Shown here: positions 40,718 to 52,890 of the stretch, in pieces | Layout of the letters: each line of letters opens with the position of its first letter | Position numbering within the stretch: the first letter of the stretch is position 1 | Origin: an uncultured bacterium | Lineage (GTDB): Bacteria; Verrucomicrobiota; Verrucomicrobiia; Limisphaerales; UBA8199 | Reading direction: 5' to 3' | DNA length: 64,000 bases | Assembly (NCBI GenBank): GCA_963749495.1 | Contig: CAVVMW010000027.1 | Coordinates: forward strand, 39,421-103,420 | Made by a program: the position numbers and the translations under genes | The notes under the pieces: generated by a model | Database searches by the model: none | What the model saw: the letters and a program-made list of their open reading frames with translations, nothing else | What the model was told of the DNA's origin: nothing

Positions 40718-43699
40718 TCATGGCTGGACGTTGAACTTGAGTTTCTTGGCTCCCACGATCAGAGTGTGTTTTCCGGGGCGATCCATCACCCACGGGAACG
40801 TCAGCACCTGCTCCTGCGCGCCGCGAGCCCAGGCCCAGCGAGAGTCCGCCGGCTTGCCGTCCACCTCGAGGAACACGCGGCTGCCATCGAGGAACGTGTT
40901 GGCCACGCTTGCCGCGACGGTGAACCGCTCGCCCGGCTTGATTTCCTTTGGCGAAACCTCGAGGGCGTGGCAGCCAACCTCGCTCTGCACGTTCCAACCG
41001 CCCACCTCGAGCCTCGCCTTGCCGTTCGCGGCGTCCTTTGCCGCAAACCTGGCCGTGAGTTCGCGCGACTCGCCCGGCAGCAGGCTGAAGTAATTGTCCT
41101 CCCAAAGCACCGGCAGAATCTCGGCGCCGCCCCGTCCTTGTGTCAGCGCCAGTTGGACAAAGAAAGCGAGTTGGCCGGTAGGATTGGTGACCTTTACGCG
41201 CGCGACTTTGTCCGCCCCGCGCGTTTGGATTTTGCAGGTTGCCCGGAGTTTTGCCGGCGGCAGCGAGCGCAGTGCTTGCATCGAGCCGCCTTTTTTGGCG
41301 GGGAACCAGTACAGGTTGTCCGAAACCCGCCTTCCGGCTGAGCCGCTCAAATCAAGCCGGACAAAATAGACGGGGGGCAGATCAGGTAGTTTGGGCAATT
41401 CAAAGATGTTGCGATACGTGTTCGGAGCCACATCCACGCTCCCCTGTCTTTCGAAGAGGACACGCATCGAGGGGTCTAAAACCCGGGCGCGGACCTGGAG
41501 ACCGCTCCGCGGCTCGAGCGAGTGATTCACCACCGTCACTGTCGGCTCGATCAATCCGAGTTGGATGTGAACTGGTTCGTTGGCGCGCTTGATAAAGTAG
41601 TAGCTCACCATGGGTTTCAGGAACCAGTCGAAGATCTGCCACTGCACATCCGGCCAGGCGGAGTTGATCTTCCACTGCGTGAACCCGCTGGTGATGTCCC
41701 ACAGCCGGTGATTTACCGCTTCGAACATGGCGCGATGTTGATCGGCCGTGGCGAGGTGCCCCTGCCAGACGTAATCACCCACGGTGGCCGGTTGCCCATA
41801 CACGCGGCGCACGGCGGCATCGTAAGGCTCGTAATACTTATTGGCGCCATGATGGGCCCAGGTGGCATCCAGTGGGAACGTCGGTCCGGGAGCCACCTCG
41901 CCCAGCTTGGGAATGAACTTCTTCAGGCTGCTGAGCGGAGGCAGGGAGGCTGAACCACTCTCGACCATGAACATCCAATTCGGGACCTCGCGCACCCTTC
42001 GGTAGTACTCGGAGGGTTCTTCCCAACCGTAGGAATTGCCCCCGTTGTCGCTCATCCCAGCGGGCACGTCCTCCCGGAACCAGGGCTGCACCTTGTCCCG
42101 GGGCACATCGGGCATGCCATTCGAGGGAATCCAAAAGCGGCTTCCGTCCAGTTCGATCACGCTGGAGCGCCACGGCCGGTAAACCTCCTCGCGCGTGAAC
42201 CCCTCGTTGCTGGCCATGTACATGACCAGGCTGGGATGGTTGCGGTAGCGCTTCAGAATATCCCGGGTGCATTTGACCACGAGCGGCACGTCGGCCGGAT
42301 ACTTGGAGCCGGTCTGCATCCAGGCGCAGCCGTAGAAGCACTGGCCAATCATCACGCCATAGCGGTCGCAGGCCTCGAACAGGTAATCCGGAGGGTTGGC
42401 GATGTCCTCGAAATAGATCAGGTTGAGGTTGGCTTGGGCGTAGTAGCGAATCTCGGCGTCGATGCGCTCCGGCGTCCATTCCCAGAGGGCGTCGGGCTGG
42501 ATGTAGCCGCCCCGGGCGAAGATTCTTTGGCCGTTGACCAGGATGCGCCGTCCGTAATGGCCGTTTCTCTCATGCATCTCAGTGGTGATTTGGCGCACGC
42601 CAAAGGGCACCGTCTGCGCGTAGGAGACATTCCCGCCCGCCACAAACTCAAGCTTGAGCTCATACAGGGGTTGGGCGCCGTACCCGTTCGGCCACCAGAG
42701 TTTCGGCTGCTTCATCACCGGTGCGGGGTCGAAGGCAACCTGCCTTTCTTCACCCACCGAAAGGGCCACGGGCAATGCAAAACTCATTCCCGCTTCCGCA
42801 ATCGAGCCCTTCAAAAGGCCGCTGATCGCCTGCTTCTCCGCATTGAACAGGGTGGCGGAGATCTTTAGAGTGGCCCTGTCCGTGCGCGGCAGCGGCAGTT
42901 CGATCACCACGAACGGGTCGCGGATGGTGACCGGACCGCTGACCCCCAGCCACACGTCCTGCAGGATGCCTAAGTAACGGTCCGGAATGGACGGGAAGCA
43001 GTCGTAGCCGCCGGCCAGTTGAACGGCATAATCCATGGGGGCATCGCTGACATGGTCCTCGAAGCGGTTGGCCGCGAGCGGCACCAACTGCGGGCCGGGC
43101 GAGCCGACGTGATCCACGGGCCAAATCTTGACCGCCAGGCAGTTCGATCCCCCCACGGCCCAACGTGTCACCTCGAACGCGAACCGCTGGTTCATGCTGA
43201 CCATCTGTTCGCGGCCGGCGACCTTGTTTCCGTTGAGCCAAACCTCAGCCCGGTAGTTGATGGAATCGAAGTGCAACCAGACATGACGATCGCCGGACAA
43301 CTTAGGCAGTGTGAACTCCCGCCGGAACCACCAGGGATCGCGCCAGGGGTTCCTTTTGTCGGGTAGGTGGCTGTATTTTGCCAGGTCGTTCGTGCGGTTG
43401 AACTCGTCCGAGCTGTCAGGGATTTGGTAGGCGCTCAAGCCGAAACGAGGGTCCGGATAAACACCGTGCTTCACCAGGGCGCTAAGAACCGTGGTGGGCA
43501 CCTGAACGGCGTACCAATTCCGGGCGGCATGCCTAGGCCGGGATAAGCTGGTTCCATCCGCCGCCTCCACGGCCGACAACTGCATCTGCCACGGTCCTGA
43601 AAGCCTGACACGGTCGAGCGTGGCCGGCTCCGAGCCGCTGGCCAAGACGGCAACCGTCATGTTGAGCCCAACCACCAGGCCGAGCGTTGCGCTTTTCAT
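40718..43699 (-). CDS. GH2 exo-beta-glucosaminidase/beta-mannosidase-like hydrolase
   Basis: VPTTVL.AL, WWFRREF, INYRAEVWLNG, WWPNGYG.QPLY, FGVR, RNHPSL...SNE, W.DNYFSLLPGE; ATG 43699 with signal peptide. Confidence 0.92.
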   Translation of the reverse strand: MKSATLGLVVGLNMTVAVLASGSEPATLDRVRLSGPWQMQLSAVEAADGTSLSRPRHAARNWYAVQVPTTVLSALVKHGVYPDPRFGLSAYQIPDSSDEFNRTNDLAKYSHLPDKRNPWRDPWWFRREFTLPKLSGDRHVWLHFDSINYRAEVWLNGNKVAGREQMVSMNQRFAFEVTRWAVGGSNCLAVKIWPVDHVGSPGPQLVPLAANRFEDHVSDAPMDYAVQLAGGYDCFPSIPDRYLGILQDVWLGVSGPVTIRDPFVVIELPLPRTDRATLKISATLFNAEKQAISGLLKGSIAEAGMSFALPVALSVGEERQVAFDPAPVMKQPKLWWPNGYGAQPLYELKLEFVAGGNVSYAQTVPFGVRQITTEMHERNGHYGRRILVNGQRIFARGGYIQPDALWEWTPERIDAEIRYYAQANLNLIYFEDIANPPDYLFEACDRYGVMIGQCFYGCAWMQTGSKYPADVPLVVKCTRDILKRYRNHPSLVMYMASNEGFTREEVYRPWRSSVIELDGSRFWIPSNGMPDVPRDKVQPWFREDVPAGMSDNGGNSYGWEEPSEYYRRVREVPNWMFMVESGSASLPPLSSLKKFIPKLGEVAPGPTFPLDATWAHHGANKYYEPYDAAVRRVYGQPATVGDYVWQGHLATADQHRAMFEAVNHRLWDITSGFTQWKINSAWPDVQWQIFDWFLKPMVSYYFIKRANEPVHIQLGLIEPTVTVVNHSLEPRSGLQVRARVLDPSMRVLFERQGSVDVAPNTYRNIFELPKLPDLPPVYFVRLDLSGSAGRRVSDNLYWFPAKKGGSMQALRSLPPAKLRATCKIQTRGADKVARVKVTNPTGQLAFFVQLALTQGRGGAEILPVLWEDNYFSLLPGESRELTARFAAKDAANGKARLEVGGWNVQSEVGCHALEVSPKEIKPGERFTVAASVANTFLDGSRVFLEVDGKPADSRWAWARGAQEQVLTFPWVMDRPGKHTLIVGAKKLKFNVQP

Positions 43700-44386
43700 A
43701 ATTCCCTCTTCCGCATCCCAGAGCGGCCTGGGGGTTTCGCCACACCGACAGAGCCGGGGGCCGTAACGCCCGGTTCCTGCGGTTCTTGGCGGCTTCCGCG
43801 GTGGCGGGTTCCGCGCTTTACCCCGGCCCCTTTCTCGATTAACTGAACCGTCACCAACCGCACCGACTTGCCCCGGGCGCAACGCCCCCGGGCCGCTCGT
43901 CCGGCGGGGATGTAAAATGCATCTCCCGGTTGGAGCACCTGGGGCTCGTCACCCTGCAACTCGAACTGCAGCTCACCGGTCAGGACGTAGCCCGCCAGAT
44001 CGCCGCTCAGGGATTCAAAATCCGGCTTCTCGCCGGCAAAAAGCTCCTCATCCAGCATGATTAGCCCGACGTTCCGGCCGGGCCGGCAGCACGAGCGTGT
44101 AGCACCGTCCGGCGTCGGTCATGGCACACATCTGCCGCCGGCGAAAAACCCAACCTGAAGGCGCCGGCAGTTCGTCGGCAAAGAACGGCCCCAGGTCCGT
44201 GCCCAAGGCGAGCAGCAGCTTCCGGAGCGTGGCGAGGCTGACCGAGAGCCTGGCCTCGATATTGGAGACGCAGCTCACAGCGACGCCGGCCTGCCGGGCC
44301 AACTCGCGCATTGACAAGTGAGCGCGAAGCCGCAGCGCGTGCAATCTCCGCCCCGTGTCGGCATCCACCGTTTGCGTCGTTTTCAT
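43696..44386 (-). pseudogene. XRE-HTH + cupin transcriptional regulator, frameshift at ~44071
   Basis: LSMRELARQAGV...SLATL HTH; GYVL.GEL, L.PGDAFYIPAG cupin; frames join as RP/DVGLIMLDE. Confidence 0.8.
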
Positions 44387-44513
44387 AGCGCAGGGCGCAG
44401 GGCCAGCCAGCCGTATAAAATCATACAGGCGTTGTAAAGAACACTCGTTCTAAGGTCAAGACCAAACCCGCAGGCAGGAAACCTGCCTGGCGCCTCCTCG
44501 CTGGCCTCCCGGT

Positions 44514-46953
44514 TCATCTGTTCAACCGATTCGTTACCTCGCCGACCAGCCGCGCCTCGGCCCAATCGCCATGGTCGTTTCCAGACCGGCCGTTGTCATC
44601 CCAGTTGCAGGACAGGCGCAGCATCAACACCTGGGCATGACGGACGTCCACATTCACTTCTTGTGACGGAGTGCGAGCGCACATCGGGCCGCTCTCAAAA
44701 CGGAGCACTCCGTCCACAAAAGCTGTGAAGAAGACCGATGCCGGAGGATTGGTCTTGCCGGCGACAGAGGAATCCACGCCCACGGTGGCTTCGAAGCGAT
44801 CAAACCTGCCCTGGAGTTCGTAGATGAGGACGGTGTTCGCGGCGCAGCCTAGACCCTTGGCGAAGGCCTTTTCGCCCAGGGTGAGGGGCGAACCGTCGAA
44901 GCTCCGGTCCTTTTTGTAAACCGGCTTGGGCAAGCCGGTCCCTCGTTGAGCGGCAAAGGGCGTCAGGTCGCTGAGCCAGGTCACGCTCGAATCGTAGGCC
45001 TGGGCGCGCGGCGGCAGGGGTGGTTCAAGCCGGAGCGGTTTGACTCGAATGCGCCTCATGGAATTGCCGGCGAGGTTCGCGTCAAGGCCTTCAGCCAGTT
45101 GCGAGTGAGTTCTAGCGCCGAAATCCCGCCCGTCCACCTTGACGTCGTAGCGGCCTGGCTGCAGGAAGCGGACCTCCAAGCGCGTGTCCCGCGGCTCGCG
45201 CCTGCCGTTCAGCAAGACGAGATCACGCTCATGCCCAATGTTTATGTCGCTCTTGGAAACCAACTTTTCCACCGAACTCACCCAAGGATCGCTCGAACGG
45301 TTGAGGGCAAACATCAGATTGGCCATGCCCCGGGCATAGGTGTCACACATCGTGCGAAGATTTGTGTCCCGAAGCTCCATGGCCCAGGCGCTGTTCCAGG
45401 AGTCCTTGGCCAATACGAGCCGGCAGAGCGCGATATACTTGGCGTAGGCCGGGCCGGAAACGTGGTCGAGCAACGGCCCGATAATATGAACGAAGGTCAG
45501 GTCCTTTTCGTGGCAGAGATTGGGCGCGCAGTCATAGTCCACGCACCCACGGACGCCGACGCAGGTGGTGCCCGTCAGCCAATTCCCCCGGGTGTCCTTC
45601 GCGGGCGTCGTGCAGGTCGTCATGATGGTCGTCACCGGCGCGATTAATCACGGCGCTCCAGCAGGGGGGATAGGTCAGCATATCGAGGTCCAGCTTCACG
45701 TTGAGATCATGCCGGACCATGTCGAGCGCAGCCTGACGCAGTTTGTCATCCTTCAGGGCCAAGGCCGTGCGATACAGGATGTCGGCCTGCCACCAGGTGC
45801 CGCCGTCGAGTTGGACAAATCCATCGCGGTACGTGGCAAAATAACCCCAGCGCGTCAAACCGCCCGGGCGGCGCACAAAGAAGCTTTTGCCATCCGGGCC
45901 TTCGAGCGGGGTTTTGTCCAAAAAGTACCGGGCGAAATTGCGCTCCCATTCCCGTCCGGTAGCCAGGCCTTCGAAGGCCAGCAGAGCGGGAATCTGCCAG
46001 ATGGAATCATGGGCAAACGGGTAGGCAGCGTGCTGAAACTCATCCATCATCAGGCCCCACCCGGGAACAAAGGCATCTGGAGCTGCCAGGCGGACCGGCA
46101 TCACTTCGAGGCATTTCTCGGGATCGAAAGTGCTCCTTGGCACTTTGGTGATGTCCACCAGCATATCGACTCCACCGGCGAAGTATTTCTCGCACACATC
46201 GCTCAGGCGCCCGCCCAAGTCGCGGTCGAACAAGGCTGCAAATGCCTTTGGTTCCTTCTCGCCCAGGCGCAACTGCCATACGGCGTGAAAGCGGCCCCCA
46301 ATCTCCGGACGACGTTCGGTCTTGAAGAAGGTTCCCGTCCGTTGTTCGGTGCGACCGTTTCTTTGGGAATTGCCCTTCACCTCGGGCAGGAAGACGTAAC
46401 CCGTATCCAGATCGCCGACCCGGCTGTGGCCGAAGACGAGGGGATTGCTGGCATCGATGAACGCCTCGGAGCCATCCGCATCGGTGGCCACCCATCCGCG
46501 TGTCACCCAAGCGCCGTGCTCGTTTGCGGCGCCGGCCTTGGAACAGAACGCGCAAAGGAGTTCCCCCGGACCATCGAGTTCCACATGCACGACGGGCAGG
46601 GCGTCGCCTGCGCGCACCCGGTAAGTCGCACTGCCATGGCCGAGTGGAAAGCGCACTGCCTTCTCCGTCGGGCTGTTCGTCAACACCTCAAGGCTCAGCC
46701 CCTCACCAGCACCCATCCAAAACGAATCCTCGCGAGATGAAGGCCGCGCGACGGTCATGCCGCGGACCTCAATTCCAGCCAGGGACCATTGCCCGGCCTC
46801 TTGGTTGAACCGCCAGGTTTGCGGACCGGCACGGAGGTGGATCTGTGTGGACGAAATGTCTAAGCCAATCCTGGCCGCGATAGCGCCCTGCCCCCGGCAT
46901 AGGACCACCATCAGGCAGGGCAAAACCAGATACCTAAGGAATGCGCGCATCAT
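44514..46953 (-). pseudogene. Secreted protein with C-terminal NPCBM/NEW2 carbohydrate-binding module, broken at ~45625
   Basis: WLSDL, KGLG..A, F.ATVGVD, DHGDWAEARL (NPCBM); signal peptide in 45532..46953; out-of-frame junction at GDDH/IMTTC. Confidence 0.75.
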
Positions 46954-47987
46954 GCCGGCTTGAGGAAAACGTCCACGTTCTCGCGAGTCACGGTGTAACT
47001 ACCCGTATTGATGACTTCCGGGGCCGCGAAGACGCCGGCCTTGCGGTCGTTGGCGGTGAACTTGAGCGGGCTGTGATTCAGGTCGAACAGCACACGCAAG
47101 CCAAGGTAAGTGAATAGCTCGCGCTTCTGGCCGATGGCGGCAGTGACCACGCCTTCCTTGATCAAGTTGAGATGGACAGGTTCGGCATCCACACAAGTAA
47201 CGATGATCTGGCCGACCTTGCCGGCCTCTTTCACCGCGAGGCCAATGCCCGGGCCGCTCTCGGAGTCGAAGCCCGCCATGCCAATCAGGTCAGGAGTGGA
47301 TTGAATCATCGTGCTCGCGATGCGGGCGGCGGTGGCCGAGTCGCCGCGGTCGTGCTGTGGCTCCATCGGCGTCAGGCCCGCCTTCTCAATGACGGAGCGA
47401 AAGCCGGCAAAGGCCTGCTGGTCGATGTATTGTTCCGTCAGACCAAGCAATGCAATTTTACCCTTTTTGCCCCCGAGCGCTTTGGCCATGGCCTCTCCCT
47501 GGCGTACCCCCAGGTCGAACCAGTTCGTCCCAACGAAGGTCAGCCGTTTGCTGGTAGGCGCATCAACGTCAACGGTCACGACGGGAACCTGGGCCTCGAG
47601 GGCCTTGGCAATGGGCGCGATGACCACCGAGGGGTCCCATGCGCTGATCAACATCCCTGCCAGGCGCCGCGCGATGGTGGTTTCGATCATGCTGACGAAC
47701 ATCGGCATATCGAGGGTGCTGGGGCCGGTGATGGTTACCTTAACCCCCAGTTCCTTGGCGGCCACCTCAAGCGCGGGGTGGTCGTGCGCTTTATAGAGCG
47801 GCAGATTGGCATGCGGCGAAATCCAGACGTACTCCTCGTTGGAGTAGTCGGCCTTCGGTTTGGAGCCGGTGGCAACCGGGGTCGAATTCTCCGCTTGGCG
47901 GCAGGAAACAAGCCAACCGGCGCTGCTTGCCAGGGCCAGGTTTCTTAACCACGAACGGCGGGAGTGATGCGGATAGTCTGGTGTCAT
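46950..47987 (-). CDS. Sugar ABC transporter substrate-binding protein (RbsB-like), Tat lipoprotein
   Basis: SRRSWL + LVSC; VPVVTVD.D, FVGTN, IGQK. Confidence 0.9.
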   Translation of the reverse strand: MTPDYPHHSRRSWLRNLALASSAGWLVSCRQAENSTPVATGSKPKADYSNEEYVWISPHANLPLYKAHDHPALEVAAKELGVKVTITGPSTLDMPMFVSMIETTIARRLAGMLISAWDPSVVIAPIAKALEAQVPVVTVDVDAPTSKRLTFVGTNWFDLGVRQGEAMAKALGGKKGKIALLGLTEQYIDQQAFAGFRSVIEKAGLTPMEPQHDRGDSATAARIASTMIQSTPDLIGMAGFDSESGPGIGLAVKEAGKVGQIIVTCVDAEPVHLNLIKEGVVTAAIGQKRELFTYLGLRVLFDLNHSPLKFTANDRKAGVFAAPEVINTGSYTVTRENVDVFLKPA

Positions 47988-48005
47988 AGTGTGCAGTTGC
48001 TGGGT

Positions 48006-48984
48006 TTACTTTTTGCGGCCCAGGACACGGTCCAGGGCGACCGCGATGACGAGCACGGAGCCAATAATGATGCTTTGCCATTCCGGTGAGAGCCGCGCGA
48101 AGATCATGATGTTGTTGATCAGCGAAATGAAGAGGACTCCCGCGAGCGTACCCCACACCGTGCCCCTGCCGCCACTCAAGCTGGCGCCGCCGAGGATGAC
48201 CGCGGTGATGATGCGCAGTTCCGCGCCGTCGCCTGAGGTGGAAGTTGCGGTAGCAACCCGGGCGGCAAACGCCATCCCGGCCAGGCCCGCGAGCAAGCCC
48301 ATGAGGGCGAAGGCGAAGATCTGCATCCGCTCGACCGGAATGCCCGAGAGGAGAGCGGCTTTGGAGTTGGCGCCAATGTAGTAGTACTTGCGGAAGAACC
48401 GCGTCTTGGCCAAGAGATACTGGCCGGAAATGGCGACCCCGAGCATAAGCCAGATCGGGGACTGGAGGCCGAGCCATTCGGCCTGGCCAAGCCGGGCAAA
48501 TCCCGCTGGCAGGTTGGCGATGCCCGGTCCGCCGACCAGGACCGCCACACCGCGGAAGACCTGCATGGTTCCCAGCGTCGCGATCAAGGCATTCACCTTA
48601 GCTTTGGCCACGATCCAACCGTTGAGCGTTCCGCCCAGGGTGGCGATGGCAAGACCCGCGAGCATCGCTAGCGGGATCGGGACCCGCCCATCAGTCAACA
48701 TCCACCCCGTGAGCACCCCGACCATTGAGAACATCGAGCCGACGGAAAGGTCGAACACGCCGCTCACCATTAGAACCACCATCCCGCACGCCATCACTCC
48801 GTCCAGGGCCATATTCCGCAACAACGCGGTCAGGTTGGCCCAAGTCGGAAACGAACGCGGATAAGCCAGCGTCGCCCCGATGACCGCCGCCAGCATCAGA
48901 AGCAAAAGCACAGTCTCGCGGGTCAGCCGGAACCGGGATTTCGGTCCGACCGGCGCGCTCGTTTTGATGGGAGTGGCTATGGTT

Positions 48985-48998
<14 letters not shown>
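48006..48998 (-). CDS. Sugar ABC transporter permease (RbsC-like)
   Basis: FDLSVGS, IATLGT, IGAN.KAA.LSGI, EL.IITAVILGG.SL.GG.G. Confidence 0.95.
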
Positions 48999-50510
<1,512 letters not shown>

Positions 50511-50514
<4 letters not shown>

Positions 50515-51935
50515 TCGTGCAGGTACATGTCCCAGCCAAGATAGGTTGTAACGGCCTCGTTGATGGCGCTGGCGCAGTTGGCGCGCACCATCGAGACATG
50601 ATGCTCGAACCCTTGCCGGCAAATGTATTTCATCAGCTTCTGGAGGTTCGGGATCTGACAGACGGCGATGGAGCCGAGCATGTTGAAGGGATCGGCGGTG
50701 AACTGGCCTTCACCGACATATCCGCGCACTTGCCCGTGGAGGTCATCCGTCGAGAAGCGCAAGTAGGTCATCGGACCCGGCTCGACCTTGGCATTGATGC
50801 CGCCAAAGCAGAGCTCCTCGCCCAGAACGCTCCCGAGCACACTGAGGTTGGCAATCTCAACGGGCTTGCCGACGAAGCCCTTCGGATAGTTGCCGCAGTG
50901 CTGGGCCACGCATTTGTTACGGTCCTCGGCGTAGTTGTTGTTCCAATCCACGATCGCGGCTGGGTTGCCGGTGGCCAAGACCAAAGCGTACATCGCGGTT
51001 ACCCCGGCGATGTCCACCTCGCAGGCGCACGGGATGAGTTGGTCGCTCATCATGCTCATCGTCAGGCAGGTCGCACAGCCGTAGTTCTGCTGAATCGAGG
51101 TCCAGCACTGGAACCCGGCTGCGTCAATGGCGTTGGCCTGCATCCAGTCCTCGGCCGCCAGGAACAGCCGGAGATGCTTCTCGAACTTCGCTTCCAGGTT
51201 CCCGATGCCCGGAGCGACCGATCCATAGCCCTTGATCTCAGCCAGCTTGTTCCTGGCGCGGCTGGAGGTGACATCAACCTTGTGGGCGGCAGCAATGATC
51301 TCCGAGAGGTCCACCGGGATGACGGTGATACCGGATGCCTGCAGCAGCTTTTCGCTCGCGCGCATGGTCTGGAAGGCGGCGGGGCGCGCGCCAATGGCGC
51401 CGATGCGGGCGTTGCGCAGGCCGTTGGCCACTCGGCAAACGGAAGCGAAGAACTCCAGGTCATTGAAAAAGGCCGGGCCGCTGAGGGCGACGGTGTGGGT
51501 CGCCGTATTGGTCCACGGAATGCCGTACTGCCGGAGGTTGTTGCAGACGGAGATCTTGCCGCAGAAGGAGTCCCGCCGGTGAGTCGTGTCGAGTTTGTCC
51601 AACTCGTCATCCGAGGCCTGCACCAGGACCGGCACACCGAGTTTGGCCCAGTTGAGCGTATTCACGATGCCCAGTTCGTCGCTGAAGTTGGGCAGGCAGA
51701 CAATCACGCCATCAATCTCATTGCGATGGTCGTTGAAGAAATCGGCGCACTTCCGGGCATCGGCAACTGTTTCGATGGCACCAGTCGGAGTTTCATTCGC
51801 TGGCAGGATTAGGCTTCTGTGGCCAGCCTTCGCGATTTGCGCCAGGAGTTGCTCGCGGCCGCTGCGCGCCAGCTCGGCGGAGAAGCAGCCGCGGGTGCCA
51901 ACGATCACGCCAAAGGTAAGTTCGCTCTTTCTCAT
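50511..51935 (-). CDS. L-fucose/L-arabinose isomerase family protein
   Basis: NFSDE, RRDSFCGK.S, FQCW, CACEVD, HCGN, GFEHHV. Confidence 0.85.
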
Positions 51936-51962
51936 AAGTCTTCTTTTCGGTAGCCGGTTCCC

Positions 51963-51989
51963 TCATTCGTCATTCGTCATTCGTCATTC
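51963..51989 (+). repeat. TCATTCG heptamer tandem repeat (~3.9 copies)
   Basis: tcattcg tcattcg tcattcg tcattc in the intergenic gap. Confidence 0.9.
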
Positions 51990-52847
51990 TCAACGTGTCA
52001 ACTCGGGCAGTTTCTTCGCCAAGTACTTGAGGCTTTCCTGCACCCAGCGGTCGGGGTTGTCCACGGGGTAGTGGGGTTCGCCCATCTCGATCCCGGCGAT
52101 GCACGGTTCGCCGACCCTCTTGCAGTTCTCTTCGATGCCCAGTTCGATAGCTTTGTGCACATAGGCGGGAAAATCCGCCGTGCCCGTGCCGATGATGCTG
52201 TTCGTATGATCATACCCCTGGGTTTCGCTCAAATGGATGTGGATGATCTTGTCCTTGATTTTCTCGAGGCGCTGCGGCCCCTCGCGGTTGATCACGAAAT
52301 GGCCGATGTCGAGGTTCGGGAACACGTTCGGCTGACCGATATCCTCGACCATGCGCGCCGCTTTGTCGGTGCTGTTGAGAATGAAGTAGATGTGGGGTTC
52401 GATTTCGAGGTCCACCAGCAATCCCTGCTTTGACCCCCATTGAGCCAGCCTGCGGATGGAGTCTATGGAGTTCAACCACGCAACCTCCGGCAGCATTTCG
52501 GCAAGATGCACCCCGCAGCCCCAGCAAACGAGCACCTGGCGGCCGCCCAATTCCAGTTGGAACTCGCTGCATCGTTTCATGTAATCGACAACCTGTTGGC
52601 GGGTCTTGGCATTGGGACAGGCCATGTGCTCGACCTCGGCCAGCAGCATCTGCGAGCTGTGCAAGCCAAAGTCGCGGTGCATCCGGACGATGTCGCGGCG
52701 CTTCCTGGCGCTCCTCAAGGTAGGGTCACCGGAGCCGCAGGCGGCATAGTCGGTGAACTTGAAGCCCATCCGCTGGGCGCTCCTGAGCGTTTTCTCGATC
52801 GGCCATTTGGCCACTTCATAAACATAGGTATTCAGGGCAAGGTTCAT
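51990..52847 (-). CDS. Sugar phosphate isomerase/epimerase (xylose-isomerase-like TIM barrel; ketose 3-epimerase-like)
   Basis: Metal-ligand pattern EIEP, NLDIGH, HIHLSE, GIE. Confidence 0.85.
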   Translation of the reverse strand: MNLALNTYVYEVAKWPIEKTLRSAQRMGFKFTDYAACGSGDPTLRSARKRRDIVRMHRDFGLHSSQMLLAEVEHMACPNAKTRQQVVDYMKRCSEFQLELGGRQVLVCWGCGVHLAEMLPEVAWLNSIDSIRRLAQWGSKQGLLVDLEIEPHIYFILNSTDKAARMVEDIGQPNVFPNLDIGHFVINREGPQRLEKIKDKIIHIHLSETQGYDHTNSIIGTGTADFPAYVHKAIELGIEENCKRVGEPCIAGIEMGEPHYPVDNPDRWVQESLKYLAKKLPELTR

Positions 52848-52890
52848 AGGAGACGTTGGTTGCTATCTGTTGAGCTTGGCACGATGGCGT

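Noticed and set aside
13960..45630. Programmed site-specific rearrangement (shufflon/DGR) behind the gene fusions
   Set aside because: Junction sequences share no common motif, most fusions are out of frame, and no recombinase or reverse transcriptase is present in the window
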